DNA from: Alphaproteobacteria bacterium
GTDB taxonomy: Bacteria; Pseudomonadota; Alphaproteobacteria; UBA828
Assembly: GCA_965220745.1 (NCBI GenBank)
Contig: CBDCQT010000007.1
Span: 1 to 64,000, forward strand
DNA length: 64,000 nucleotides
Direction: 5' to 3'
This document shows positions 41,482 through 51,736 of this stretch, in pieces. The first letter of the stretch is position 1; every line of letters begins with the position of its first letter. The notes beneath the pieces are model-generated. The model worked only from the letters and a program-made list of their open reading frames with translations. It was not told the origin of the DNA and made no database searches. The translations under genes and the position numbers were made by a program.

Positions 41482-42788
41482 CCGGCTTCAGCCCCCGCGA
41501 GATCGTCTCCGAGCTCGATCGCTTCATCATCGGCCAGGACGACGCCAAGCGTTCCGTCGCCATCGCGCTTCGCAACCGCTGGCGGCGCCAGCAGCTGGCG
41601 GACGACCTGCGCGAGGAGGTGCTGCCCAAGAACATCCTGATGATCGGCCCCACCGGCGTCGGCAAGACCGAGATCGCGCGCCGCCTCGCGCGCCTCGCCC
41701 AGGCGCCCTTCATCAAGGTCGAGGCGACCAAGTTCACCGAGGTCGGCTACGTCGGCCGCGACGTGGAGCAGATCGTGCGCGACCTGGTCGAGGTCTCGAT
41801 CCACATGACCCGCGAGCGCATGCGCAAGGAGGTCGCGGCCAAGGCCGAGCTCAACGCTGAGGAGCGGGTGCTCGATGCGCTCGTCGGCAAGAACGCGACC
41901 AAGGAGACCCGCGGCAAGTTCCGCAAGATGCTGCGCGACGGCTCGCTTGCCGAGAAGGAGGTGGACATCGAGGTGAGCGAATCCGCCGCCTCGTCGCTGC
42001 CGACCTTCGATATCCCCGGCATGCCCGGCGCCCAGATGGGCATGGTCAATCTCGGCGACATGCTCGGCAAGGCGTTCGGCGAGCAGAAGAAGATCAAGCG
42101 CATGAGCGTGGAGGACTCCTACGACACCCTGATGGCGGAAGAGAGCGACCGGCTGTTGGATCAGGACGTGGTCGTGCGCACCGCGCTGGAGAACGCCCAG
42201 AACGACGGCATCGTCTTCATCGACGAGATCGACAAGATCTGCGCCCGCTCCGACCGCCTCGGCGCCGACGTGAGCCGCGAGGGCGTGCAGCGCGACCTCC
42301 TGCCGCTGATCGAAGGCACCACGGTCACCACCAAGCACGGCGCGCTCACCACCGACCACATCCTCTTCATCGCCTCCGGCGCCTTCCACCTGGCAAAGCC
42401 GGCGGACCTCCTGCCCGAGCTGCAAGGGCGGCTGCCGATCCGGGTCGAGCTGAATTCGCTCGCCCGCGACGACCTGAAGAAGATCCTGACCGAGCCCGAG
42501 AACAGCCTGATTCGCCAGTACCGCGCGCTGATGCAGACCGAGAACGTGACGCTCGACTTCAGCGACTGCGCCATCGACGCGCTCTCAGACCTCGCCGCCG
42601 AGGTCAACCGCGCGGTCGAGAATATCGGTGCGCGCAGGCTGCACACGGTGATGGAGAAGCTACTGGAGGATATCAGCTTCGAGGCCGCCGACCGCTCTGG
42701 AGAGACCATCACCATCGATGCGACTTACGTCGAGGCCCACGTGGGCGACCTCGCCAAGGACGCGGACCTCAGCAAGTTCATTCTCTGA
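41478..42788 (+). CDS. hslU: ATP-dependent protease ATPase HslU
   Basis: [23 protein letters not shown] and NIGARRL. Confidence 0.98.
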   Translation: MTGFSPREIVSELDRFIIGQDDAKRSVAIALRNRWRRQQLADDLREEVLPKNILMIGPTGVGKTEIARRLARLAQAPFIKVEATKFTEVGYVGRDVEQIVRDLVEVSIHMTRERMRKEVAAKAELNAEERVLDALVGKNATKETRGKFRKMLRDGSLAEKEVDIEVSESAASSLPTFDIPGMPGAQMGMVNLGDMLGKAFGEQKKIKRMSVEDSYDTLMAEESDRLLDQDVVVRTALENAQNDGIVFIDEIDKICARSDRLGADVSREGVQRDLLPLIEGTTVTTKHGALTTDHILFIASGAFHLAKPADLLPELQGRLPIRVELNSLARDDLKKILTEPENSLIRQYRALMQTENVTLDFSDCAIDALSDLAAEVNRAVENIGARRLHTVMEKLLEDISFEAADRSGETITIDATYVEAHVGDLAKDADLSKFIL

Positions 42789-42818
42789 GCTGGCACCCCC
42801 AAAAAAGGTTTCTTTGGC

Positions 42819-42943
42819 GGCCTATTGCGGCCTACTCCGGCCCAAAGCGGCCCAAGGTGGCCCAAGGTGGTCCAGAGCGGCGTCTCCCGCTGCGGCTCAT
42901 TCCGGCCCAAAGCGGCTCAAAGTGGCCCAAGGTGGCCTCTCTC
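42819..42943. repeat. Two arrays of a degenerate 10-bp tandem repeat (consensus GGCCCAARGY)
   Basis: Six units 42819-42878 and four units 42894-42933, each followed by a partial unit. Confidence 0.75.
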
Positions 42944-43147
42944 GATCCGCGACCGCGGCCGATTGCGGTGGCGACAGCGAGGATTGTCGCGCGGGCCTGA
43001 AAGATCCCGCGCGCGGAATAGACTCCAGCCCGTGCGCTCAATCCACCTGTCGCGACATGTCCGCTCTTGCAGGTCATGGCGCGATGATGGCGCACCCGCC
43101 CCGCGACGTGCACCGCACCATGGTCCGGGGTCAAAGGCGCCCCGCCG

Positions 43148-43840
43148 TCAAATCCCCAAATACTCGTCCACGATCGCGCGGTCGGAGAGCTGCTCGGGCT
43201 TGATCGTCGCGACGATGGTGCCCTTCTGCATGATCAGCACCCGCTCCGCCAGCGCCTGGATGAAACGCAGGTTCTGCTCGACCAGGAGTACCGTGAGGTC
43301 GAGTGCGGCGGCAAGCTCGGCGAGCTTCGCCTGAATCTGATCGACGATGGAGGGCTGGATGCCCTCGGTCGGCTCGTCCAGAAGCAGCAGGCTTGGCCGG
43401 CCGGCGAGGCAGCGGGCGAGCGCCAGAATCTGCTGCTCGCCGCCGGAGAGCGCGCGCCCCGGCCGCTCTAGCAGCGCGTCCAGCAACGGGAAGTAGTCCA
43501 ATAGCTCCGGCACCGCGCTCTGGCCCCGCCGCACGATCTCGCCCATGCGCAGATTGTCCATCACGCTCAGCTGCGGATAGATGTCCCGCCCCTGCGGCAC
43601 GTAGCCGATGCCGAGCCGGGCGCGCCGGTGCATGGCGAGCCGCGTGATGTCCTCGTCCTCGAACACGATGCTGCCGCCGGTGGCCCTGATCTCCCCCATC
43701 AGCGTGCGCAGCAGCGTGGTCTTGCCCATGCCGTTGTGGCCGAGCACGCCCACGATCTCACCGCGCGCGATGGAGAAATCGATCCCGTTCAGGATCGGGA
43801 TGCGGCCGTAGCCGGCGTTGAGCCCTTCGACCTCAAGCAA
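43148..43840 (-). CDS. Urea/amide (HAAT) ABC transporter ATP-binding subunit (UrtE-like)
   Basis: GHNGMGKT, LSGGEQQ and LLDEPTEGIQP. Confidence 0.88.
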   Translation of the reverse strand: MLEVEGLNAGYGRIPILNGIDFSIARGEIVGVLGHNGMGKTTLLRTLMGEIRATGGSIVFEDEDITRLAMHRRARLGIGYVPQGRDIYPQLSVMDNLRMGEIVRRGQSAVPELLDYFPLLDALLERPGRALSGGEQQILALARCLAGRPSLLLLDEPTEGIQPSIVDQIQAKLAELAAALDLTVLLVEQNLRFIQALAERVLIMQKGTIVATIKPEQLSDRAIVDEYLGI

Positions 43841-44573
43841 GGCCCGACGTCCCCAGATAGACCTCCCGCACCGCCTGGTTGGCCTGGATGCGCGCCATGG
43901 TGTCCTCGGCCAGGATGCGGCCCTGGTGGAACACGGTGACGACATCGGCGATCTGGCGGATGAACTGCATGTCGTGCTCGACCACGACGATGGTGGTGGT
44001 CCGGTTCACCTCGCGGATCAGCGCCGCCGTGCGGTTGGTCTCCTCGATGCTCATGCCTGCCGTCGGCTCGTCGAGCAGGATGACCTTGGGCTCCAGCGCC
44101 ATGACCATGCCGAACTCGACCCACTGGCGCTGGCCGTGGGCGAGCGCGCCGAGCAGCTGCCAGCGGATGTCGCGAAGCTCCAGCCGGTCGAGGATCTCGT
44201 CCACCTTCGCGCGCGCGGCCCTTGCGCCGTGGCGCAGATGCGCCGCGAGCCACAGGTTCTCGTCCACCGTGATGCCGTCGTAGACGTCCGGTACCTGGTT
44301 CTTGATGCCGATGCCGAGGCGCGAGATCTCGTGCGGGTGCGCGCGGCTGATGTCGCGGCCGTCGAACAGCACCTGCCCTTTTGACGGCCTGATCTGGGCC
44401 GTGAGCATCTTGAAGAAGGTGCTTTTGCCGGCACCGTTCGGGCCGATCAGGCAGCGCAGCTCGCCCCGCCGGAGCGCGAAGTCGACGCCGGCGATGGCGC
44501 TCACGCCGCCGAAGCGCTTCTCCAGCGCCCGGGTCTCCAAGATCACCGCGTCCTCGCGCTCCGCCTCGCTCAT
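43833..44573 (-). CDS. Urea/amide ABC transporter ATP-binding subunit (UrtD-like)
   Basis: GPNGAGKS, LAHGQRQW, DEPTAGM and VEHDM. Confidence 0.88.
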   Translation of the reverse strand: MSEAEREDAVILETRALEKRFGGVSAIAGVDFALRRGELRCLIGPNGAGKSTFFKMLTAQIRPSKGQVLFDGRDISRAHPHEISRLGIGIKNQVPDVYDGITVDENLWLAAHLRHGARAARAKVDEILDRLELRDIRWQLLGALAHGQRQWVEFGMVMALEPKVILLDEPTAGMSIEETNRTAALIREVNRTTTIVVVEHDMQFIRQIADVVTVFHQGRILAEDTMARIQANQAVREVYLGTSGLA

Positions 44574-45679
44574 GGCCGACCTCCCTGCCGCCCACGCCGG
44601 CGCGGCGGAACGGGGCGGAAGCTGAGGCGCTGCACGAACTCGACCCATTGCTCGCGGATCGCCGCGCGGTCCAGCCAGTAGCCCGGCAGGGAGCCGATGC
44701 TCGGCAGCAGGCCCTTATGAAAGACGAGGACGAAGAGGATCAGCACCGCGCCCAGCACCAGCGTCACCTGACCCACGCCCTGGGTGCCGAGCCAGCCCTT
44801 GAAGTGCTCGATGGCGAAGACGCCCGCGATCGGCCCGATCAGGGTGCCCTTGCCCCCCACCAGCACCCACATGATGACGTCCGCCGCGCGGCCCAGGCTG
44901 AACATCTCCGGGTGCGCCAGCGGAATCGAGATGGCGTAGAGCGCCCCGCCGAGGCCGGCCACGCCGCCCGCCAGCATGAAGGCGAAGAGCTTGTAGCGCC
45001 GCGTGTCGTAGCCGAGCAGCTCGGTCCTGCGCTCGTTCTCGCGGATGCCCACCAGCACCCGGCCGAAGGGCGTGGTCAGGGTCAGCCGGAGCCCGATGTA
45101 GACCAGGATCATCAGCACCGCGCCGACCCAGAAGAACCAGTTGATGTCGAGCTGCACGCTCGGGTTCCACGGCACGTCGAGCTGCGGCACGGTGGGGATG
45201 CCGTTCTGCCCGTTCAGCCGCACCTTGCCGATGACGTACTGATCGCCGGAGGTGGCGCGGATGCCCTTCTCCAGGATCAGCGTGAAGACCAGGGTGATGA
45301 CGCTGAGATAGATCTCGCTGATGCGGCCGTAGATCATGAAGTAGCCGAGGATGCCGGCGCCGGCCGCGCCGAGGGCCACGGCGAAGAAGACCGAGCCCGT
45401 GGTCTCGCCGGTATTGAGCGCGAGCACGGTGAAGCCGTAGCCGCCGAGCCCGAAGAATGCGGTCTGCCCGAAGCTCAGGATTCCGCTGAAGCCCCAGAGG
45501 AAGCCCATGCTGAGGGCGAGCATCGCCATCCCGAAGAAGCGCGACATCTCCAGGATGACGAAGATCTCCAGGTGGAAGGGCATGGTGATGAAGAAGGCCG
45601 CGAGCGCCGCGATGAAGACCCACCACCACCACTTGGGGCGCTCGCTTGAGTGCTGCATCAGGGCGACGCCGTGGATCAT
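44570..45679 (-). CDS. Urea/amide ABC transporter permease (UrtC-like)
   Basis: GILSFGQTAFFGLGGY, GRVLVGIRENE and GGKGTLIG. Confidence 0.87.
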   Translation of the reverse strand: MIHGVALMQHSSERPKWWWWVFIAALAAFFITMPFHLEIFVILEMSRFFGMAMLALSMGFLWGFSGILSFGQTAFFGLGGYGFTVLALNTGETTGSVFFAVALGAAGAGILGYFMIYGRISEIYLSVITLVFTLILEKGIRATSGDQYVIGKVRLNGQNGIPTVPQLDVPWNPSVQLDINWFFWVGAVLMILVYIGLRLTLTTPFGRVLVGIRENERRTELLGYDTRRYKLFAFMLAGGVAGLGGALYAISIPLAHPEMFSLGRAADVIMWVLVGGKGTLIGPIAGVFAIEHFKGWLGTQGVGQVTLVLGAVLILFVLVFHKGLLPSIGSLPGYWLDRAAIREQWVEFVQRLSFRPVPPRRRGRQGGRP

Positions 45680-45682
45680 CGC

Positions 45683-46543
45683 TCAGACCCCGCGGGTCAT
45701 GCGCCCGGTAATCCCGAGCGGCAGCAGCCTGAGCAGGATGATGGCCACGAACAGCACGGTCATCTCGCCGATCACCGAGCTGGAGACAGTGGCGACGATG
45801 CCGTCGATGGTGCTGAAGAGTCCGGAGGCACTCACCGTGCCGATCAGTGGCAGGTGCCCGCCGGTGATGACCGTGATGAAGGCCTTGGCCACGTAGACGA
45901 TGCCGAGGGTGGGATAGGCGCCGACGATTGGCGCCAGCACCGCGCCGGCGAGCCCGGTGAGCGCCGAGCCGAAGGCGAAGGTCAGCATGTAGACGAGGCT
46001 GCGGTTGACCCCTAACGCGGCCGAGATCGTCGGGTTCTGCATGGTGCCGCGCACGATCAGCCCGTAGCGGGTGAAGCGCCAGAAGGCGTAGACCGCGCCC
46101 AGCAACGCCACGGCAATCGCCATCATCACCAGGCCGTAGATGGGGAAGCCGAAGGCGCCCACCTGGACGTTGCCGAGCGGCGCCGCGACGCTCTCGGTCT
46201 GGGGTCCGAAGATCGTGGTGACACCGCCCACCAGCAGCAGGCTCAGCCCCCAGGTGGCGAGCAGCGTGTCGATGATACGGCCGTAGAGCCACCGGATGAT
46301 GAACCGCTCGACGATGATGCCGAACACACCCACGGCAAGCGCCGACAGAATGAACGAGAGCCAGAGGTTGATTCCGGCGTGGCTACAGAGCGTGCAGAAG
46401 TAGGCGCCGAGCATGAGGAACTCGCCCTGCGCCAGGTTGATCACCCGCATCATCCCGAAGATGACCGCGAGCCCGAGGCTGATCAGGATGAAGATCGAGA
46501 AGGAAAAGCCGATCTGGAAGAGATAGTTCGCGACCTGATCCAA
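45683..46543 (-). CDS. Urea/amide ABC transporter permease (UrtB-like)
   Basis: LGLAVIFGMMRVINLAQGEF and DTLLATWG. Confidence 0.87.
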   Translation of the reverse strand: MDQVANYLFQIGFSFSIFILISLGLAVIFGMMRVINLAQGEFLMLGAYFCTLCSHAGINLWLSFILSALAVGVFGIIVERFIIRWLYGRIIDTLLATWGLSLLLVGGVTTIFGPQTESVAAPLGNVQVGAFGFPIYGLVMMAIAVALLGAVYAFWRFTRYGLIVRGTMQNPTISAALGVNRSLVYMLTFAFGSALTGLAGAVLAPIVGAYPTLGIVYVAKAFITVITGGHLPLIGTVSASGLFSTIDGIVATVSSSVIGEMTVLFVAIILLRLLPLGITGRMTRGV

Positions 46544-46683
46544 CCGTCACCCCCGCCGCCCCGGCCGGGCGCACCGGGGCCAAACACGCATCCGGGAACG
46601 CAGGACGGCCCGTCGGCGGCGACCCGCGCCGCCGACGAACCCGGCGTCCCGGCTACGAAATTGTCGTCGTAACGCCCCGATCT

Positions 46684-47931
46684 CTACTCGACCTCGACCT
46701 CGTACTGGGTCTTGTCGTCGGGGTTGGCGTGGAGATCACAGACCTGCTGCGTATCCAGCGGCGGACGCTGTGAAAACGAGCGGATCACATCGAAGGTCTG
46801 CGTCATGTTGCCGCGCACGATGTGGATGTCCATGGTCGTGTGGTTGGTCTGCCCGTCCACCGTGTACTGGCCGCCGGCGCCGATCACGCTGACGTTGCTC
46901 GTCGCCAGCGCATCGATCACCGCATCGGAGCTGGCATCGCCCGCCTGACGCACCGCCTCGGCCCAGACCTTGATGCCGCGCTCGCCGTATTCGCCGTACT
47001 CGCCCACGTAGCCGGTGTCGCCGGTGTAGGCGTGGAAGCGGCTCACGAAGTCCTTGGCCTCGGCCGTGTCGAGGTCATCCACGAAGGAGGTCGCCAGGAT
47101 GATGCCGTTGCCTTCCTCGGGGCTGAGCTGGGTGTGCTCCAGGCCGACGCCGTAAGAGCCCGACGCCAACATCATGTTGTCCTTGCCGATCGAGGCCTCG
47201 AACTGGCGGTAGAAGGCGATGTGCGCGCCGCCCACCAGCGCCGACATCACCACGTCGGGCTTCGCCGCCTGGATGCGCGAAATCGCCGGCTGGAAGTTGG
47301 TCACGTCGAGCGGGAAGAACTCGACCGCCAGGTCCTCGCCGCCGTTGTCCCGGGTGAACTTCTGCATCCACTTGGACGTGATGTGGCCGTAGTTGTAGTC
47401 GGCCGCCAGGATGTAGGTGCGCTTGCCGCCGAGCTCGTTCACCACGTAGTCGAACAGCGGCTCGAGCTGCTGCGCCGGCACCATGCCGGTGGAGACGTGG
47501 CGGCGGTCGCAGACGCCCCCTTCATAGAGCGAATTGTAGAAGAGCAGCCCCTTGAAGCGGTTCACGATGGGGCGCATCACCTCACGCGAGGAGCTGGTGA
47601 TGCCGCCGTGCACCACCACGCACTTATCCTTGACCAGCGCCTCGGTGACGTACTGCGAGTTGTACTGGCCGTCGGACTGGGAATCGTAGAACACCAGCTC
47701 CAGCGGCCGGCCCAGCAGGCCACCAGCGGCGTTGATCTCGTCCACCGCCATCGCCGTCGCCTGGATCTGCTTCAGGCTGTAGATGTTGAGGATGCCGGTG
47801 CGGTCGAGGATGTTGCCGACCTTGATCGGATCCTCGCTGGCGATGCCGGCGCGGCGCAGAACATGAGGCAAGCTGGCGAAGGCCAGCGCGCCGGATGTTG
47901 CCTGGAAGAACTGTCTACGGCTCAGTCTCAT
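46684..47931 (-). CDS. Urea/amide ABC transporter substrate-binding protein (Tat-exported, UrtA/FmdD-like)
   Basis: Tat motif SRRQFF, INAAGGLLGR, TSSSRE, YEGG and ADYNYG. Confidence 0.87.
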   Translation of the reverse strand: MRLSRRQFFQATSGALAFASLPHVLRRAGIASEDPIKVGNILDRTGILNIYSLKQIQATAMAVDEINAAGGLLGRPLELVFYDSQSDGQYNSQYVTEALVKDKCVVVHGGITSSSREVMRPIVNRFKGLLFYNSLYEGGVCDRRHVSTGMVPAQQLEPLFDYVVNELGGKRTYILAADYNYGHITSKWMQKFTRDNGGEDLAVEFFPLDVTNFQPAISRIQAAKPDVVMSALVGGAHIAFYRQFEASIGKDNMMLASGSYGVGLEHTQLSPEEGNGIILATSFVDDLDTAEAKDFVSRFHAYTGDTGYVGEYGEYGERGIKVWAEAVRQAGDASSDAVIDALATSNVSVIGAGGQYTVDGQTNHTTMDIHIVRGNMTQTFDVIRSFSQRPPLDTQQVCDLHANPDDKTQYEVEVE

Positions 47932-48024
47932 GGTCTGCTCCCTGCGATTGCGTGGGCGGTCCTTTACCGCCGGTGGGTCATCATAATTCCAGGAATGACG
48001 CCCGTTCAACAAACGCGTCGATGC

Positions 48025-48939
48025 TCAGAGCGTCTCGACGAGCGCCAGGCTCTCCTCCGCCATGGCGGCGATGAAGCGGTTCATCTTGCGCTTGAGCTGG
48101 GGCAGGTCGCGCGAGCGGGCAACTGTGGCCTCGTTCATGTAGAGCCGGCGGTTGACCTCGATCTGCAGCGCGTGCACGCGCTTGCCGGGCTGGCCGTAAT
48201 GGGTGGTGGTGTAGGCGCCGGCGTAGGGCTCGTTGCGCCTGACCGTTAAGTCCAGGTCACGCAGGATGCGCTCCGCCGTCTCGACCACAGCAGGCTCGCA
48301 GGAAGCGCCGAAGCGGTCACCCAGCACGATGTCAGGGCGGGGCGTTCCGCGGTCCCGGTCCGTCGGTCCGCCGACCGATGGCATCGAGTGGCAATCCAGC
48401 ACGAACGCCGCGCCGAAGTCGTGCAGCGTCGTCTCGATCAGCCCTTCCAGCGCCCGGTGATAGGGCCGGTAGAGCGTGTCGATGCGGCGCTCCGCCTCGG
48501 CGAAGGACATCTTGCCGGCATAGATTTCGGCGCCCGACGCCACCAGCTTGGCGATGGTGCCGAAGCCCGCGCGCACCCGGTCGGAGCGGGTCTTCACGTG
48601 GCTCGGCAGCGGCTCGGTGAACATCTCCGGGTCGAGCTCGTAGGGCTCGCGGTTGGGGTCCAGATAGGCTCGCGGGTAGAGCGCGCAGAGCAGCGGCGCT
48701 CCGCTCTCCGGCGCACCGGCGAAGATCTCGTCGACGAAGCTGTCTTCCGAGCGCCGCAGGTTCTTCTCGTCGAGCCGAGAGCTCGCGATGAAGGCGGGGT
48801 CGTAGTCGGTGCCGCTGTGGGGGGAGGTGAAGATGAGCGGCGCGGTCTGGCACGCCGGCAGGCGGACATCGATGACCCCGTTGACGGCCGCCAGGGTCTT
48901 TTCGGCGCGGCGCCGGGCGGCTTGTCCTCCTCGGCTCAT
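48025..48939 (-). CDS. N-formylglutamate amidohydrolase family
   Basis: SPHSG, SEDSFVD, DPNRE, DCHSMPS, LGDRFG and QIEVNR. Confidence 0.9.
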   Translation of the reverse strand: MSRGGQAARRRAEKTLAAVNGVIDVRLPACQTAPLIFTSPHSGTDYDPAFIASSRLDEKNLRRSEDSFVDEIFAGAPESGAPLLCALYPRAYLDPNREPYELDPEMFTEPLPSHVKTRSDRVRAGFGTIAKLVASGAEIYAGKMSFAEAERRIDTLYRPYHRALEGLIETTLHDFGAAFVLDCHSMPSVGGPTDRDRGTPRPDIVLGDRFGASCEPAVVETAERILRDLDLTVRRNEPYAGAYTTTHYGQPGKRVHALQIEVNRRLYMNEATVARSRDLPQLKRKMNRFIAAMAEESLALVETL

Positions 48940-49086
48940 TCCTCGCGGTTTAGAGCAAAAGGCCGCCCCTGTCATCCGCGAGGCGGTTGCGCGCTCATGC
49001 GCGCGCGGACTTGACGGTGTCCCGCGCTTGACCGATACGCGCGTTCCCTCTAAAGAAGCCGCTCTCTCATCCACGGAGCGCGAACC

Positions 49087-49383
49087 ATGGCACGCCGCTG
49101 CGAGCTGACCGGCAAGGGCGTCCTGACCGGCAACAACGTGAGCCACGCTCACAACAAGACCCGTCGGCGCTTCCTGCCCAATCTGCACGACAAGGCGCTG
49201 CACAGCGAAGCGCTGGGGCGGATGGTGCGGCTCAAGGTCTCGACCAGCGCGATCCGCACGGTGGAACGCCACGGCGGCCTCGACAGCTACCTGCTCAAGA
49301 CATCGGACGACCGGCTCTCCCAGGATGCCCGGCGTATCAAGCGCCAGGTGAGGAATGCCCGCGCGGCCAACGCCGCGGAATAA
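49087..49383 (+). CDS. rpmB: 50S ribosomal protein L28
   Basis: [33 protein letters not shown]. Confidence 0.98.
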   Translation: MARRCELTGKGVLTGNNVSHAHNKTRRRFLPNLHDKALHSEALGRMVRLKVSTSAIRTVERHGGLDSYLLKTSDDRLSQDARRIKRQVRNARAANAAE

Positions 49384-49559
49384 GCTCTTTCAGTTCCCTC
49401 AGACGCCGGGCGCTCACTCCGTTCGCTTGGCTTTCGCGCCGTTCGGCGCGGCGCGCGGTCGCGCGCTCCGGGCCTGCGGCCCGGCCCCTTTGCTGGTCGC
49501 ACCCCCTTTGTACCGCCACGCGTTGGCCGCATGAGGCCTGCGCCTTATAGTCCGCGGCC

Positions 49560-50144
49560 ATGAAGGCGCCGTTGCCGCTATCGCTGCTGCTCCCCATCGT
49601 CGCGATGATGGCGGTGATCGGGGTCTCCAACGTCGCCGTCCAGCACGCGATCAACGACTGGCTAACCTGGGGCGCGTTCACCTATCCGCTGGCGTTCCTG
49701 GTGACCGACCTCACCAACCGGGCCTGGGGGCCGGCGCGCGCGCGCACGGTGGCCTATGTAGGCTTCCCCTTCGGCATGGGGCTTTCCATCATCCTCGCGG
49801 TGGCGGCGGACATTCCTCTCTGGGAAGGCGTGCGCGTGGCGCTGGCCTCGGGCTTCGCCTTCATCTGCGCCCAGCTCTTCGACATCGCGCTGTTCCACCA
49901 GCTGAGGCGCGGCCTCTGGTGGCGGGCGCCGCTGGTCTCGTCGCTGTCGGCGTCTGCGCTCGATACCGCGATCTTCTTCAGCGCGGCCTTCGCGCTGACC
50001 GGCCTGCCGTGGGTGACCTGGGCGCTCGGCGACTTCGGCATCAAGGTGGGCATGGCCGCTGTCCTGCTGATCCCCTTCCGGCTGCTGATGCCCGTCATCG
50101 TCCCCTCCCTCTACAGCGACCCGCAACCTCAGGCGAGCCGATAG
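49560..50144 (+). CDS. Queuosine precursor transporter (YhhQ/VUT family)
   Basis: TWGAFTYPLAFLVTDLTNR, AQLFDI and LDTAIF. Confidence 0.85.
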   Translation: MKAPLPLSLLLPIVAMMAVIGVSNVAVQHAINDWLTWGAFTYPLAFLVTDLTNRAWGPARARTVAYVGFPFGMGLSIILAVAADIPLWEGVRVALASGFAFICAQLFDIALFHQLRRGLWWRAPLVSSLSASALDTAIFFSAAFALTGLPWVTWALGDFGIKVGMAAVLLIPFRLLMPVIVPSLYSDPQPQASR

Positions 50145-50147
50145 CCC

Positions 50148-50795
50148 ATGAGCGATAATCCGTTCCCCAACCTCCATGTGGTCGATCACCCGCTGGTGCA
50201 GCACAAGCTGAGCCACCTGCGCGACAAGACGACCTGGACCCCGCTGTTCCGCGATCTGTTGCGCGAGATCGCCTTGCTCATCGGCTACGAGATCACCAGA
50301 GGCCTGCCGATGGACCCGCGCACCATCGAGACGCCGCTGACGGAGATGGAGGCGCCCTTCCTGCGCGGCCGGAAGCCCGCGATCGTGCCGATCCTCCGCG
50401 CCGGCCTCGGCATGGCGGAGGGGCTGGCGGAGCTGCTGCCGACCGCACCGCTCGGCCACATCGGGCTCTACCGCGACCCGAACACCCACCGCCCGGTGGA
50501 GTATTACGTGCGGCTCCCGGCGGACACGAACCGCCTCTTCATCCTGGTCGACCCGATGCTCGCCACCGGCTATTCCGCCTCCTATGCGGTCGACCTGCTC
50601 AACCGGAACGGCATCGACGACAGCAACGTCCGCTTCATGGCCATGGTCGCCGCGCCCGAGGGCATGCGCGCCTTCAACGAGAAGCACGCGAGCGTCGAGG
50701 TATGGGCCGCAAGCCTCGACGAGTGCCTGAACGAGAAGGCCTATATCGTGCCGGGCTTGGGTGACGCGGGCGACCGCCTCTTCGGCACGGATTAA
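50148..50795 (+). CDS. upp: Uracil phosphoribosyltransferase
   Basis: [14 protein letters not shown] and [12 protein letters not shown]. Confidence 0.97.
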   Translation: MSDNPFPNLHVVDHPLVQHKLSHLRDKTTWTPLFRDLLREIALLIGYEITRGLPMDPRTIETPLTEMEAPFLRGRKPAIVPILRAGLGMAEGLAELLPTAPLGHIGLYRDPNTHRPVEYYVRLPADTNRLFILVDPMLATGYSASYAVDLLNRNGIDDSNVRFMAMVAAPEGMRAFNEKHASVEVWAASLDECLNEKAYIVPGLGDAGDRLFGTD

Positions 50796-51706
50796 TTGGC
50801 GCGGGCGCGCTTCTCTCTTGAATCCAGGAAGGGCGTGATTCGGCCGCCGAGGGCCTGGCCGGTCAGCTCCTCGGCGACGGCAACGGCCTTGCGCAGGCCG
50901 CCCACGTCGATGCCGGTCTCGAAGCCGGCCTCGGTCACCATGAACACCAGGTCCTCGGTGGCAAGGTTGCCGGTGGCGCCCGGCGCGAAGGGGCAGCCGC
51001 CGAGGCCGCCGATCGAGCTGTCGAACTTGCGAATCCCGCACTCGATGGCGACCCAGGTGAGGGTGAGTCCCATGGCGCGCGTGTCGTGGAAGTGGCCGGC
51101 GAGGCGCTCGGGCCCGTAGCGATGGGCCAGCGTCTCGAACAGGTGCGCCATCTGCGGCGGGGTGCCCGCGCCGGTTGAATCGCCCAGCGCAAGCTCGTCG
51201 GCGCCGGCTTCGAACATGCGCGCAGCGAGGTCGAACACCGTCTCGGGCGGGACCACGCCCTCGTAGGGGCAGGCGGCGACCACCGAGAGATAGGAGCGGG
51301 CGCGGATGCCGTCCGCCTTCGCGCGGCGGATCACCGTCTCGTTGACCCGGATCGCCTCGTCCAGCGACATGTTGATGTTGCGCCGGTTGAAGGTGTCGGT
51401 GGCGGCGAGCACCAGCGCCACGGTGGTGACGCCGGCCTCCGCCGCGCGCTCGTAGCCCTTCTCGTTCGGCACCAGGGCCTCATAGCCGGCGCCCCGATCC
51501 TGAGGCAGGTTGGCGAAGATCGCCGCCGCGTCCGCCATCTGCGGCACCGCCTTGGGCGAGACGAAGCTCGCCGCCTCGATTGACTGGAGGCCCGCATCCA
51601 GCAGGGCGTCCAGCAGGCGGAGCTTGCCCTCGGTCGGCACGACGCGCGGTTGGTTTTGGAGCCCGTCCCGGAGCCCCACCTCGTGCACGGTGATGACCTC
51701 GCTCAT
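50792..51706 (-). CDS. Hydroxymethylglutaryl-CoA lyase family
   Basis: [15 protein letters not shown] and [19 protein letters not shown]. Confidence 0.92.
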   Translation of the reverse strand: MSEVITVHEVGLRDGLQNQPRVVPTEGKLRLLDALLDAGLQSIEAASFVSPKAVPQMADAAAIFANLPQDRGAGYEALVPNEKGYERAAEAGVTTVALVLAATDTFNRRNINMSLDEAIRVNETVIRRAKADGIRARSYLSVVAACPYEGVVPPETVFDLAARMFEAGADELALGDSTGAGTPPQMAHLFETLAHRYGPERLAGHFHDTRAMGLTLTWVAIECGIRKFDSSIGGLGGCPFAPGATGNLATEDLVFMVTEAGFETGIDVGGLRKAVAVAEELTGQALGGRITPFLDSREKRARAN

Positions 51707-51736
51707 CGTTCGTTTCCCTGCGTCTGTGCCTGCGGT

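Noticed and set aside
42819-42943. Possible CRISPR array
   Set aside because: The units are 10 bp and contiguous, with no unique spacers and no cas genes in the window.
46600-46655. Hairpins after substrate-binding-protein genes (also ~62940-63030) as novel ncRNAs
   Set aside because: Their position is typical of mRNA-stabilising stem-loops in ABC operons, and there is no further evidence.
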